DNA of 64,000 nt from Candidatus Omnitrophota bacterium (GTDB taxonomy: Bacteria > Omnitrophota > Gorgyraeia > Zapsychrales > JANLHA01). The notes below the pieces were generated by a model that saw only the letters and a program-made list of their open reading frames with translations, ran no database searches and was not told the origin of the DNA. The translations under genes and the position numbers were made by a program. Shown here in pieces: positions 20,167 to 29,898 of the stretch; the first letter of the stretch is position 1, and the number at the start of each line of letters is the position of its first letter. The stretch covers positions 460,670 to 524,669 of the forward strand of contig OY759724.1 in assembly GCA_963662715.1 (NCBI GenBank). Direction: 5' to 3'.

Positions 20167-20763
20167 TCAGTTCCATATCATCTCCGGTTTAACTTTTTTA
20201 AAGAATTGTAAGACCATCGCTGCGATGAGGCCATCCATCACCATAACGGGTATATGAGCCAGAAAAATCAATTTTGCTGAATTCCAAAAATGGTCTCCGC
20301 TTAAGACAAGAAAAACACTTAAAAGCAGCCCGCTTAAAAATACGGATAAAAAGCCCACGCAAAACCCGATAAGAGGTTCCGGGAGGATATGCTTGCGGAG
20401 GGCCGGGGAAAAAATCAAATAACAAACATAAGCTGGGAGGGCCATATTGAGAGTGTTGACCCCCAGACTCGTTAAGCCTCCGAACTGAAAAAGAACGGCC
20501 TGAAAAGCCAGGGCGATAAATATGGCACAAAAGCATGCCGGACCTAAGAGCAAACCTATCAGCCCGTTAAGAATCAGATGGACATTGCCCGGGCCCAGGG
20601 GGATATGGATCAATGCGGCGACAAAAAAAGTTGCCGAGAAAACAGCTGTCCGGACAATGTCCTTATCTTTCAGCTGCCACAGGCTCATTCCGACAGTCAC
20701 GGTCGTGAGAGCATAGCCGGCCGTTATAACAGGGAAGGACAAAACCCCTTCGGAAATATGCAT
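20167..20763 (-). CDS. cbiM: Ni/Co ECF transporter substrate-specific component CbiM/NikM
   Basis: Starts MHISEGVL (the metal-binding N-terminal Met-His of the CbiM family); polytopic membrane protein. Confidence 0.8.
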   Translation of the reverse strand: MHISEGVLSFPVITAGYALTTVTVGMSLWQLKDKDIVRTAVFSATFFVAALIHIPLGPGNVHLILNGLIGLLLGPACFCAIFIALAFQAVLFQFGGLTSLGVNTLNMALPAYVCYLIFSPALRKHILPEPLIGFCVGFLSVFLSGLLLSVFLVLSGDHFWNSAKLIFLAHIPVMVMDGLIAAMVLQFFKKVKPEMIWN

Positions 20764-20768
20764 GACCT

Positions 20769-21572
20769 TTATTCCATGTTATAAGCTTTTAACCACAAAA
20801 CAGCCCCGATCTCAACGGGCTTTTCTTCGTCTTCAAATTTGATAGTCTGCTTATCCTCATTCAGGGCCGCAAACCCCCACCATCCTGCTTTGGGAATAGC
20901 GTAGCTAAAAACCCCGTTGGCATCGCATTTGATCACCTGAGTAACAAAAGGCGCTTTCGGCGCGTGATAGCGGCCTGCTTCATTATAAAATTCCACCTCG
21001 ACTTCACTGAACGGGGCCGGACGGCCGTCGACCTTGACAACACCCTGAAAAACATTCCCGGCATAAATCCCGAACGGGCGGGTCAGGGGAACGATCTCGG
21101 TTTTTAACCCTACTTCAGAATCCCATCCTTCTTCTTTCCCGTAGGCATCAACAACAACCTTTGTGTAATGCACAATGTAACAATCTTCCGCCGGCTCCCA
21201 GTAAGGCTGGGGCACCATATAAAAAATATAGTCTCCAGGCCTTTTGATTTTATAATCGGTCTGCCATCCCTTGAATGCTTCTTTATCGGCATAAAGTTCA
21301 AAATTTAAGGACTTGAGACTTCCGCTCAGGTCTTCCTTTTGACCGTCGAACAACACTCCTGCCTCTGCCGGTTTTTCCATATTCATTGACACACCTTCAA
21401 AAGGATGGGCGAACATAATACGCAGCTTCAAGTCCGCGTCCTGTTGATTGTCAACGATGTCCTGGGAAGGGATAATCATCCCAAAATGTGCCCGGGCAGA
21501 CCCGGGGCCCCAGAATATTGCCAAAAACATGGTGACGGTAAGAACACGAAGGTTTCTCCTTTGTTTTTTCAT
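20769..21572 (-). CDS. DUF4198-type periplasmic component (NikK-like) of the Ni/Co uptake system
   Basis: Signal peptide; conserved His near the mature N-terminus ([11 protein letters not shown]); sits between nikR and cbiM. Confidence 0.5.
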   Translation of the reverse strand: MKKQRRNLRVLTVTMFLAIFWGPGSARAHFGMIIPSQDIVDNQQDADLKLRIMFAHPFEGVSMNMEKPAEAGVLFDGQKEDLSGSLKSLNFELYADKEAFKGWQTDYKIKRPGDYIFYMVPQPYWEPAEDCYIVHYTKVVVDAYGKEEGWDSEVGLKTEIVPLTRPFGIYAGNVFQGVVKVDGRPAPFSEVEVEFYNEAGRYHAPKAPFVTQVIKCDANGVFSYAIPKAGWWGFAALNEDKQTIKFEDEEKPVEIGAVLWLKAYNME

Positions 21573-21651
21573 CAGACATCCTCCTTGTGGAATTATCACA
21601 TAAATGTATTACTTTTATTAATTTCGTGTTACCAAATATGCAAAAAATTTT

Positions 21652-22047
21652 TCAGGTAATCGCGCTCATGACCAATTCCCCGTGCTTCATCCCTTTTATA
21701 GCGATGAGTTCATCAGCGATATTGCGCAGCTGAAAAGCTTTTCCCTTCAATGCGATTATTTCCAGGCAATTGTTATGATCCAGATGGACGTGCTGGCTGG
21801 ACAAGATAAGATGATGGTATTTATGTTGAATGTCGGTTGATTGATTCAGTAAGTCACGTTTATGGTGGTCGTAAACGAGAACCAGACACCCGCTGACAAT
21901 CTGATTGCTTTCCCACTTTTCTTCTACAATATTTTTTCGAATGAGGTAGCGGATCGCCTGAGAACGGTTGGGCAGTTTATGCTTTTTCACCAAAGCGTCA
22001 AGCTTCTCTAATAAATCATCTTCTAAGGAAACGCCGAATCTTTTCAT
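21652..22047 (-). CDS. nikR: nickel-responsive repressor NikR (ribbon-helix-helix + ACT-like metal-binding domain)
   Basis: [20 protein letters not shown] (RHH domain); C-terminal H…H-x-H…C nickel-site pattern (…[17 protein letters not shown]…). Confidence 0.8.
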   Translation of the reverse strand: MKRFGVSLEDDLLEKLDALVKKHKLPNRSQAIRYLIRKNIVEEKWESNQIVSGCLVLVYDHHKRDLLNQSTDIQHKYHHLILSSQHVHLDHNNCLEIIALKGKAFQLRNIADELIAIKGMKHGELVMSAIT

Positions 22048-22101
22048 TTATGTGTTACCTTTTCGAATAAGATAACATTGGGGGACGAAATGTCAAGCAA
22101 A

Positions 22102-23106
22102 TTATAAAGAAGCGGCAACGCCCTGCGATGAAGCGAGCAGCACGACTTTCAAAGAATCCTTGGCTTCAGAGACAAGACGGAAACCTTCCTGAATTTGTTC
22201 CAGAGGCAGAGTGTGCGTGATCATCTCCAGCACCCGGCAGCGCTTTTCCCGGATCAGTTGCAAAGAATCTTCCAGATCAACAGGTGCTGCGCCATAGGAA
22301 GACGTGACGGTTATCTCGTTCCTCCACAGCCGCACCGTAGGGATTTTGATATCCTCCGCAGGGATCGCAAACAAAAGGATAATGCCCTTCCGGTCAACAC
22401 AGGCAAAAGCCTGTTCAACCGCCTGATAGGCGCCGGTGCATAAAATAATGCGTTCGGCCAGCACCCGGAGATCCTTTTTCGCATGGATAACCTCATCCGC
22501 CCCGAATTCACGAGCCTTGTTTAAACGGTAGTCAGAGATATCCGTGGCTATGACCCGGGCGCCTTTCAGTTTGGCTAAAACAATATTCATAAGACCGGAA
22601 ACACCGCAGCCCAAAACCAGGACCGTCTGGCCTTCCTTGACCCCGATGACACGCTGTCCGCGGACAGCGCAGGCTAACGGTTCAATCATGGCGCCTTCTT
22701 CATAAGAAACCTGTTCCGGCAAAACATAAACACCGTGTTCCACGTTAATCTCCGGAATACGGATAAAATCAGCATATCCCCCCGGATCATAATTGCCCGT
22801 ATGAAGAGTCTCACAGGCCGTATGATGGCCCTCTAGGCAGTATTTGCAGGTATGGCACGGCACATGATGGCTGACAAAAACCCGTTCACCGACTTTATAT
22901 TTTCCGGTTTTAGATTCAACGATATCCCCGGCGATCTCATGCCCCAAGATCCGGGGGCCTTTCTGAACCCGGTACCATTCCATCACGTCAGTCCCGCAGA
23001 TGCCGCTGGCCCGCATACGCACGAGGAGTTCACCTTCACCAATGACCGGTTTGGGTATTTCTTCTATGCGGATATCCCGGTTGTTATAATATCGTGCCGC
23101 TTTCAT
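22102..23106 (-). CDS. zinc-dependent medium-chain alcohol dehydrogenase (threonine/sorbitol dehydrogenase-like)
   Basis: Catalytic Zn site GICGTD…GHEIAG; structural Zn CxxCxxC…C (CHTCKYCLEGHHTAC); Rossmann fold GCGVSG. Confidence 0.8.
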   Translation of the reverse strand: MKAARYYNNRDIRIEEIPKPVIGEGELLVRMRASGICGTDVMEWYRVQKGPRILGHEIAGDIVESKTGKYKVGERVFVSHHVPCHTCKYCLEGHHTACETLHTGNYDPGGYADFIRIPEINVEHGVYVLPEQVSYEEGAMIEPLACAVRGQRVIGVKEGQTVLVLGCGVSGLMNIVLAKLKGARVIATDISDYRLNKAREFGADEVIHAKKDLRVLAERIILCTGAYQAVEQAFACVDRKGIILLFAIPAEDIKIPTVRLWRNEITVTSSYGAAPVDLEDSLQLIREKRCRVLEMITHTLPLEQIQEGFRLVSEAKDSLKVVLLASSQGVAASL

Positions 23107-23133
23107 AACATAAACAGTTTTACCCTTTTGATC

Positions 23134-23937
23134 TTACTGCTTGGCTTCCGTAAAAATTTCGTTTGCCTCTTTGACCGAAGCATTATCATGAACAATAGCC
23201 CGCAAAGCTTTGGCCATGGCAACGGCATTGGGATTTTGCCAGACATTTCTTCCTAAATTGATTCCGACCGCGCCCTTCTGCATCCCGTCATGAACAAATT
23301 CCAGCACTGCCGAATCTGTCTGGCATTTCGGCCCGCCCGCCATGATAACAGGGACAGGACACCCCTGAACCACTTTGTCAAAATCCTTTTCACACCAGTA
23401 TGTCTTTACAACGCGCGCGCCCAATTCCGCGGCAATACGGCAGCACAAAGCCAGGTAACGGGCCTCCCGCTTCTCCATTTCTTTCCCGACAGCCGTAACC
23501 GCCATAACCGGGATGCCGTAAGCTTCGCACCGGTTAACAAGCTCGGACAGATTTTTTAAAGTCTGTCTTTCATAATCACTGCCGATAAAAACCGAGACCC
23601 CAACGGCCGAAGCGTTCAGGCGCAAAACTTCCTCAATAGACGTTGTCAGTTCCTCGTTTGCCAAATCCCGGCCCACCATACTCGTACATCCCGAAACCCG
23701 AAGCACAATCGGCTTGCTTCCCGAGGGATCAATCGCCGAGCGAAGAACACCTCTCGTACAGAAGAGAGCATCCACATAAGGCAGAAGCGGTGCGATGGTT
23801 TGCCCCGGCTGCTCCAACCCCGTGGTCGGCCCCTGAAAATAACCGTGATCGATCGGCATAAAAAAACACCGGCCGTTCGGCATCAGTTGACTCAATCGAT
23901 TTGCCATACCCCAATCCATTAAAACCTCCTTCTGCAT
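23134..23937 (-). CDS. DhnA/LsrF-family class I aldolase (DeoC/FbaB-like TIM barrel)
   Basis: …FFMPIDHGYFQGP…VVKTYW…VIMAGGPK… is characteristic of DhnA-type Schiff-base aldolases. Confidence 0.6.
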   Translation of the reverse strand: MQKEVLMDWGMANRLSQLMPNGRCFFMPIDHGYFQGPTTGLEQPGQTIAPLLPYVDALFCTRGVLRSAIDPSGSKPIVLRVSGCTSMVGRDLANEELTTSIEEVLRLNASAVGVSVFIGSDYERQTLKNLSELVNRCEAYGIPVMAVTAVGKEMEKREARYLALCCRIAAELGARVVKTYWCEKDFDKVVQGCPVPVIMAGGPKCQTDSAVLEFVHDGMQKGAVGINLGRNVWQNPNAVAMAKALRAIVHDNASVKEANEIFTEAKQ

Positions 23938-24016
23938 TAGCCTTTTTTGCTTTCCGTCAAGGCAGCTGCCTTGACTTATAATTTAAAAAACTGTTAGCGG
24001 CGGGATTATCACACAC

Positions 24017-24226
24017 TCATTCCGGCCTGACGATCTGGTATCCCCGGTCAATCAGCCAGTGATGAAACTCATACGTTGTTTTACAGCATTCCGTCTTGCA
24101 GGAGGACCGGATCTGTTCATATTCTGCCGAGCCTTCCCGGCTTTCCTCCAATTTCATTTGCACAGGACATTGTATATCCTTACAATATTCCCGACGGGTA
24201 TAATCGATATATCCCGGGACCGCCAT
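24017..24226 (-). CDS. small cysteine-rich hypothetical protein (~69 aa)
   Basis: MAVPGYIDYTRREYCKDIQCPV…CKTECC…; the longer ORF-track version extends into AT-rich, low-complexity sequence. Confidence 0.3.
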   Translation of the reverse strand: MAVPGYIDYTRREYCKDIQCPVQMKLEESREGSAEYEQIRSSCKTECCKTTYEFHHWLIDRGYQIVRPE

Positions 24227-24476
24227 AAAAACCTCCTTTAAAAGGGACCCACATTCATAAAACAATGTATTAGTATAATTCAATGAAATCTGCTCTGCAA
24301 CTACTTTATGGGCTCTGAGCCCGCTGTTCTTGAGAAAACCACCCCTAACACTGTTTTCGCCGGCCCGCATAATAAAATTAGCATTATGATATATATTTGA
24401 GTTATAATTATTATATTGAGCCATATAATGATAAAAAAACAAAACCCCCGGAACATGTCTTTAAGGCGGTTGACAT

Positions 24477-26714
24477 ATGGTAACTCAATCCCACTTTCAC
24501 AATACAGGCCCTTGTAAACCCCGACGCAGGGCGTTTCTGTCTTTGGAGACCTGGCTTTTTTCAATTCTAACCGTTCTCAGCGCAGTCATTGTTTTCAAAT
24601 TTGTCGACCTCACCCCTCATGTCGATCAGGATTTCTTCTTTTCATCCAGTGATCCGCTCTATCAATCAGACCATGAAATATCCAAACTGTTCATCAGGAA
24701 AGACAGCCAGGTCATTATTAACGTCTCAGGGGACATTGCCTCTTCCGGATACAAAGAAAAAGTCAAGAAATTCAGCGAACATTTTCTGGCTTTGGAAAAT
24801 GTCAAAAGTGTCAACAGCATCACTCACGGCCCCCGGAATTTGAAGGATGCCCTGCAAAGCCCCTTCTGGAGCCGGCTCCTGATCCCCGAAGACCAGAGGT
24901 CAACCAATCTCATTGTTTTTTTCAAAGAGCCGATCCCTCCGGACCTCATCAAGAAATCCGAAGAACTGATAGATATCTTTCAGGCCCAAGACTTTCAGAT
25001 AACCATGTCCGGCTTCCCCTATATCATTGAACTGATCCGCAGGTCACTGCTCCGCGATCTGAAAACTTTCAGCCTGTTAGCCTTCGTGATATTCGGCATT
25101 GTTATTGTCTTTGTCTTTCATTCCCTAAGAATATTGCTGGGGATGATTGTGACCTGTTTGAATGCCGGGATGTTGACGCTGATGATAACGCATTTACTGA
25201 ATATCAGAGTGGGGATATTGACCGCCAATCTCATAACCGTTGTTTTCGTCCTGACACTTTCTCATATCGTGTTTCTGACGTTCAACTGGAAAAATATTCA
25301 TCAGACGGAAACAACCCCGAAATCATTTACCCGGGAAGCGATCCGGACAACCTGCCCGGCGTCCTTCTGGTGCATGCTGACAACATTCTTTGGTTTCGCA
25401 AGTCTTTTACTGGTCCCGGCCAAACCGATCAACGAATTGGGGATTTCCGGGTCCATCGGAACGCTCATCTCTTTCATCGTCGCTTTCAGCATCTTCCCGG
25501 CCTTTCTGCGGCTTAAGGAATCGTCGCCCCTAAGGGAGGATCATACCCTGAAGGACCTCTTACGGTTATTGTTCTTTCAATTGGAAACACACTCGCATCT
25601 TGTTATTACGCCTATTATTCTCTTTATCATCATCGCATCCCCGAAATTAAACAACATTGACATCGACCCCAGTCTGCTCTCGTATTTTTCGCCTAAAGGC
25701 AACATCACGCAGGGATTAACCTTAATCGATGAAAGAGGCGGCAGCTGTCCGCTTGTCATTATTGTCAAAACCCGTTCCGGAGAATCTTTCGGCTCCAACA
25801 AGGTTTACCGGAAGCTGGAAGAACTGCAGGAAGAACTGGAGGAGCATCCGGATACCGGAGCCGTGCTTTCCATTCATTCCCTTATGGCGGAAGGAAAACG
25901 TTCTCCGTTTTTCTTTCTCTATGGCTGGAAGAGATTTTTTAACCGGATCGAGCAACCCCGCTATGCCGAAATCGGCAAGAGTTTCATCACAAAAGACAGA
26001 AAACACGGAATGTTTCTTTTCCGCATGAAGGAACTCACACGCGACAAACCGAGAAGTAAAGTGATTGAGGAAATCAAAGCCATCATCGAAGCCCATAATT
26101 TCACGCCCCACCTGGTTGGCGGGATTTATGCCCTGCAGGGACATCTTTCCAAACTCGTGGCCTCGAGCCTCATCTTCGGTCTTGGACGGCTGATTCTTTT
26201 ATTTGCTTTATTCAGTTTAATATTCTCCCGTTCCTTCAGGATCAGCATGGCTGTCACCTTCAGCGTTATGACCATCCCCTTGTGTATTTTAGGGGCATTC
26301 AGCATCTGGAGAATCCCCCTGGATATCATTGCCGCGCCCGCATCCAATGTGGCCATCGGCATAGGCATTGATGCCATGATCCATATGATCGCCCAGTTCC
26401 GCCGGCTGAAAAAACAATACGCGCATAAGACAACGACCTGGCTTGTTGTGAGGAAAAAAATGTGGGAACCCATCATCACGTCCATGCTCATTGTTTCCTC
26501 GGGGTTCGGGATATTCTTTTTCTCGTCTTTTCCCCCCACACAAAGATTCGGCGGCTCCATCGCCATCGGAACCATTGTTGCGGCCATGACCGCCCTCTTT
26601 ATCTTTCCTCCGCTGGCCGGAGGCCTGAAAAAACGATATAAATTTTCGCATTCCGAAATAACTCTGCCCGAACGAGTAAAACTGAGAAAAGAGAAAAAGG
26701 CGCGGAGGATTTAA
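24477..26714 (+). CDS. MMPL/RND-superfamily transporter (HpnN/MmpL-like candidate lipid exporter)
   Basis: 745 aa; two 6-TM bundles (…FVIFGIVIVFVFHSLRILLGMIV… and …FSVMTIPLCILGAFSIWRIPLDIIAAPASNVAIGIGIDAMIHM…), each preceded by a soluble domain. Confidence 0.7.
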   Translation: MVTQSHFHNTGPCKPRRRAFLSLETWLFSILTVLSAVIVFKFVDLTPHVDQDFFFSSSDPLYQSDHEISKLFIRKDSQVIINVSGDIASSGYKEKVKKFSEHFLALENVKSVNSITHGPRNLKDALQSPFWSRLLIPEDQRSTNLIVFFKEPIPPDLIKKSEELIDIFQAQDFQITMSGFPYIIELIRRSLLRDLKTFSLLAFVIFGIVIVFVFHSLRILLGMIVTCLNAGMLTLMITHLLNIRVGILTANLITVVFVLTLSHIVFLTFNWKNIHQTETTPKSFTREAIRTTCPASFWCMLTTFFGFASLLLVPAKPINELGISGSIGTLISFIVAFSIFPAFLRLKESSPLREDHTLKDLLRLLFFQLETHSHLVITPIILFIIIASPKLNNIDIDPSLLSYFSPKGNITQGLTLIDERGGSCPLVIIVKTRSGESFGSNKVYRKLEELQEELEEHPDTGAVLSIHSLMAEGKRSPFFFLYGWKRFFNRIEQPRYAEIGKSFITKDRKHGMFLFRMKELTRDKPRSKVIEEIKAIIEAHNFTPHLVGGIYALQGHLSKLVASSLIFGLGRLILLFALFSLIFSRSFRISMAVTFSVMTIPLCILGAFSIWRIPLDIIAAPASNVAIGIGIDAMIHMIAQFRRLKKQYAHKTTTWLVVRKKMWEPIITSMLIVSSGFGIFFFSSFPPTQRFGGSIAIGTIVAAMTALFIFPPLAGGLKKRYKFSHSEITLPERVKLRKEKKARRI

Positions 26715-26768
26715 ACGTTGTGCCGGAAAAAGCCTGCCGGCTGTGTGGCGGGGGCGGGGGATCGGAAA

Positions 26769-27851
26769 TTATTTGCTGACATTAAACCGCACAAGCATAA
26801 TATCGCCATCTTCAATCACATAATCTTTCCCTTTCAACATCCATTTGCCGGATTCTTTCACCGCCTGTTCACTGCCCAGTTCAAACAAATCACGGCACTT
26901 GAATATCTCGGCGCGGATAAAGCCCCTCTCCAGGTCAGAATGAATGACCCCGGCCGCTTCCGGAGCCAGAGAGCCTCTTCTCGCGGTCCATTGATGGACT
27001 TCCGTTGGGCCGACGGTAAAAAAGGAAATCAAACCCAAAGACTCAAAGCATAAAGCACTTAACTGGTTTAAAGCGGACTCCCTGATATTCAAATCGCGCA
27101 GGAATTCCGCCCTCTCCTCTTCTTCCAGGGAAGCGAGTTCGGCTTCAATTTTGGCGGATATCTGCATAATCCTAGCGTCATAATCTGAATATTTTTCCCT
27201 GACGTCCCGCAGCAGGCTTTCATCCGCAAGGGCCCCTTCGTCGATATTCAGGACAAGGATCATCGATTTTCTCGTCATAAAATTGTACATAGACATCAAC
27301 TTCTGGTGCTCTTCCGGCATGCTGAAACGGATAAGCGGTTTATTCTGATCCAGGATTTCTTTCATCTGCATCAGGATCTCTTTCTCCGTTTTCTGGGCAG
27401 CAGAGGCGATGCCTTTCTTCTGTTCAAGCTCCATCCTTTCGAGCCGTTTTTCCACCAGCATCAAATCCCTCAAAATCAGTTCAGTAAATACGTTCTCAAT
27501 ATCTCTTAAAGCATCAACGGTCCCCTCTTCATGGAAGACGGATTCATCGCTAAAGACGCGGACAATATGACACAAAGCGTCGCAAGGCTCCAGGCTTTTG
27601 GCAAACTCGCCGCTGGCGACCGTTTCTTTGTCAAACTTCGGGAGTAAAACCACATCGATGGTGGCCGGGGAGAGTTTCTGGGGATGATACATCTCCACAA
27701 GCCTGTCAAAGCGCGCGTCGCGGACAAGGGCCGATCCGGCCTTGACCTCCTGCTTCCCTGAGAAAGAGTGCTCCGCCAATTTCTGTCCGGTAAGAATTTC
27801 AAACAAAGTCTTTTTCCCGCCTTGCGGTAATCCAATGATTCCTATTTTCAT
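26769..27851 (-). CDS. ychF: redox-regulated ATPase YchF (Obg-family GTPase fold)
   Basis: MKIGIIGLPQGGKKTLFEILTG (G1), coiled-coil insertion, TGS C-terminal domain; 360 aa. Confidence 0.85.
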   Translation of the reverse strand: MKIGIIGLPQGGKKTLFEILTGQKLAEHSFSGKQEVKAGSALVRDARFDRLVEMYHPQKLSPATIDVVLLPKFDKETVASGEFAKSLEPCDALCHIVRVFSDESVFHEEGTVDALRDIENVFTELILRDLMLVEKRLERMELEQKKGIASAAQKTEKEILMQMKEILDQNKPLIRFSMPEEHQKLMSMYNFMTRKSMILVLNIDEGALADESLLRDVREKYSDYDARIMQISAKIEAELASLEEEERAEFLRDLNIRESALNQLSALCFESLGLISFFTVGPTEVHQWTARRGSLAPEAAGVIHSDLERGFIRAEIFKCRDLFELGSEQAVKESGKWMLKGKDYVIEDGDIMLVRFNVSK

Positions 27852-28131
27852 GTCTTAATAAAACCTCGTTTCTTAAAAAGCCTCATTGATATTTTAAAGG
27901 GCGCCGCCCCGTTTCCCTGTTCTCTTATCCCGCCATTCTACCTTAAAGAGAAAACCTCTGCAACCCATTATAACAAAGCATCAGGGGCCTCCCCGGCTCC
28001 TTTTTTCGCTTTAATATTCCTAAGAATCCGGTAAAAATGATATACAATATTATTGGTTTCCCCGGCAATTCATATTATACTTACGATAAAGGCATCTTCA
28101 CATTAACCATTATTTCTATGAAATAAAACTT

Positions 28132-29088
28132 ATGAAATGTGTCTACTCCGTTATTCTGCCGGTTTTTAATGAAGAAAGCTGCCTGGAAGACATCCTCAGA
28201 CGAGTTCTTCACAGCCTGGATTCCCTGCAGGAACCTTATGAAATCATCTGTATTGATGATGGAAGCACCGATTCCTCATGGGATATTATCCAGTCACTCC
28301 ACAAGGAATTCCCTCACATAAAAGGCATTAAGTTTCTCCGCAATTTCGGCCATCAGAATGCCTTTTACGCCGGCATAAAATATTGCACCGGGGAATATAT
28401 TGCCCTGCTGGATGCCGACGGCCAGGACCCTCCGGAAATCCTGCCGCAGTTCTTTGCCAAATGCCGGGAGGGTTACGACGTCGTCTACGCCATAAGGGAG
28501 AAACGGAAGGAAATCATCTTTAAACGTGTCTGCTATGCCCTGTTTTACCGTTTTTATAAATTCATTGTTCCGTTTAACGTTCCCATCAATTCGGGAGACT
28601 TTTCCGTCTTTAACCGGAATGTGGCTGATTTCCTCTGTAGCCTTTATGAGAAAGAACCTTTTTTACGCGGATTACGGAGCTGGTACGGCGGCAAACAAAT
28701 CGGCATTCAATACGAACGGCACAAGCGTTTGGCCGGCAAGCCCAAATATACGCTGACCAAACTGATATTATTGGCCATCAATGCCTCCATCACATTTTCC
28801 AAAATCCCTTTGCGATTTATTTCCGTGACAGGCATATTGCTTTCTTTATTAAGCATCGTCTGCGGCATTTATCTCGTACTCAGGGAAATGCTGACCGGGG
28901 CGGACATCTTGGGGTGGTCGTCAACATCAACATTAATCGTTTTCTTCGGGGGATTGCAGCTTTTTGTCTTGGGCATTATCGGTGAATATATCGGGAATAT
29001 CTTTGATGAAGTCAAAAACCGGCCGCATTTCCTCATCGACCAGTCCCTGGGATTGAGCACCCGTCCCCCTGCGGACTCAAATCGCTAG
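28132..29088 (+). CDS. GT2-family polyprenyl-phosphate glycosyltransferase (ArnC/DPM1-like) with C-terminal TM helices
   Basis: SVILPVFNEE, DDGSTD and LDADGQD motifs of the GT-A fold; two C-terminal TM segments. Confidence 0.8.
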   Translation: MKCVYSVILPVFNEESCLEDILRRVLHSLDSLQEPYEIICIDDGSTDSSWDIIQSLHKEFPHIKGIKFLRNFGHQNAFYAGIKYCTGEYIALLDADGQDPPEILPQFFAKCREGYDVVYAIREKRKEIIFKRVCYALFYRFYKFIVPFNVPINSGDFSVFNRNVADFLCSLYEKEPFLRGLRSWYGGKQIGIQYERHKRLAGKPKYTLTKLILLAINASITFSKIPLRFISVTGILLSLLSIVCGIYLVLREMLTGADILGWSSTSTLIVFFGGLQLFVLGIIGEYIGNIFDEVKNRPHFLIDQSLGLSTRPPADSNR

Positions 29089-29099
29089 ACGACCGAGCC

Positions 29100-29873
29100 A
29101 TGGACATCCATCATCTTTCCAAAGTTGAAAATTTTTCTTTCCCGAAGGAATGGTACAATCTCGCGGACGAAAATCACTTCTGGCTGCAATGGAGGATGAA
29201 AGTCCTGCTGAACCAAATGCAGGCCGTGGGGGGCCTCAACATCACCCCAAACAGTCTGGGCGTTGAAATAGGCTGCGGGCAGGGGGTCCTGCGCAAACAA
29301 ATCATGACCCGGACCGGCTGGAAGATAGACGGGATAGACATGGATTTAGCCGCCCTGCAGGCGAATGCTGACCTTGCGGGCGATTTGTACCTGTATGACA
29401 TCCATGACAGGCATTCCGCCCTTAAAGAAAAGTACGACTTCCTCTTTCTGTTTGACGTACTCGAACATATTGCCGAAACAACATCCCTCCTGGAATCCTG
29501 CCTGTTCCATTTGAAAAGCGGAGGGTATCTGTTCATAAATGTTCCGGCCCTGCAGACATTCCACAGCGCTTATGATGTCGTCATGGGGCACCTCAGGAGA
29601 TACAACAAAACATCCCTGCGTGCGGAGCTGACCCGCGTCCAGCTGCACGTCATCGACATGCGATACTGGGGATTCAGCATGGTCCCTCTTTTGTTTATGA
29701 GAAAACTTATAACGGATAAAAAACAGCCACGCAAAGAGATCTTTGACCGGGGGTTCAAGCCCCCTTCTGCTTTTGCTCTGGCTATCCTCAACGGGTTAAA
29801 AAACACCGAAACAAAATTCCTGAAAGCCCCCGTCATCGGGTCTTCCCTGATGGCTATCGCGCAAAAAACCTGA
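29100..29873 (+). CDS. class I SAM-dependent methyltransferase
   Basis: Motif I VEIGCGQGVL; acidic motif II FLFLFDVLEH; 12-nt gap to the upstream GT2 gene. Confidence 0.7.
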   Translation: MDIHHLSKVENFSFPKEWYNLADENHFWLQWRMKVLLNQMQAVGGLNITPNSLGVEIGCGQGVLRKQIMTRTGWKIDGIDMDLAALQANADLAGDLYLYDIHDRHSALKEKYDFLFLFDVLEHIAETTSLLESCLFHLKSGGYLFINVPALQTFHSAYDVVMGHLRRYNKTSLRAELTRVQLHVIDMRYWGFSMVPLLFMRKLITDKKQPRKEIFDRGFKPPSAFALAILNGLKNTETKFLKAPVIGSSLMAIAQKT

Positions 29874-29898
29874 CGTAACGGGTGGCCTGGAGAGCCTT

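Noticed and set aside
24301-24564. ORF 24301..24564 (-) in the AT-rich tract.
   Set aside because: Low-complexity Ile/Leu-rich translation of AT-rich DNA. It overlaps the start of the MMPL gene on the other strand.
26715-26768. GCCGG-N10-CCGGC hairpin after the MMPL gene as a plus-strand terminator.
   Set aside because: It is not followed by a U-run on either strand, and the opposing ychF gene ends here, so I did not call it.
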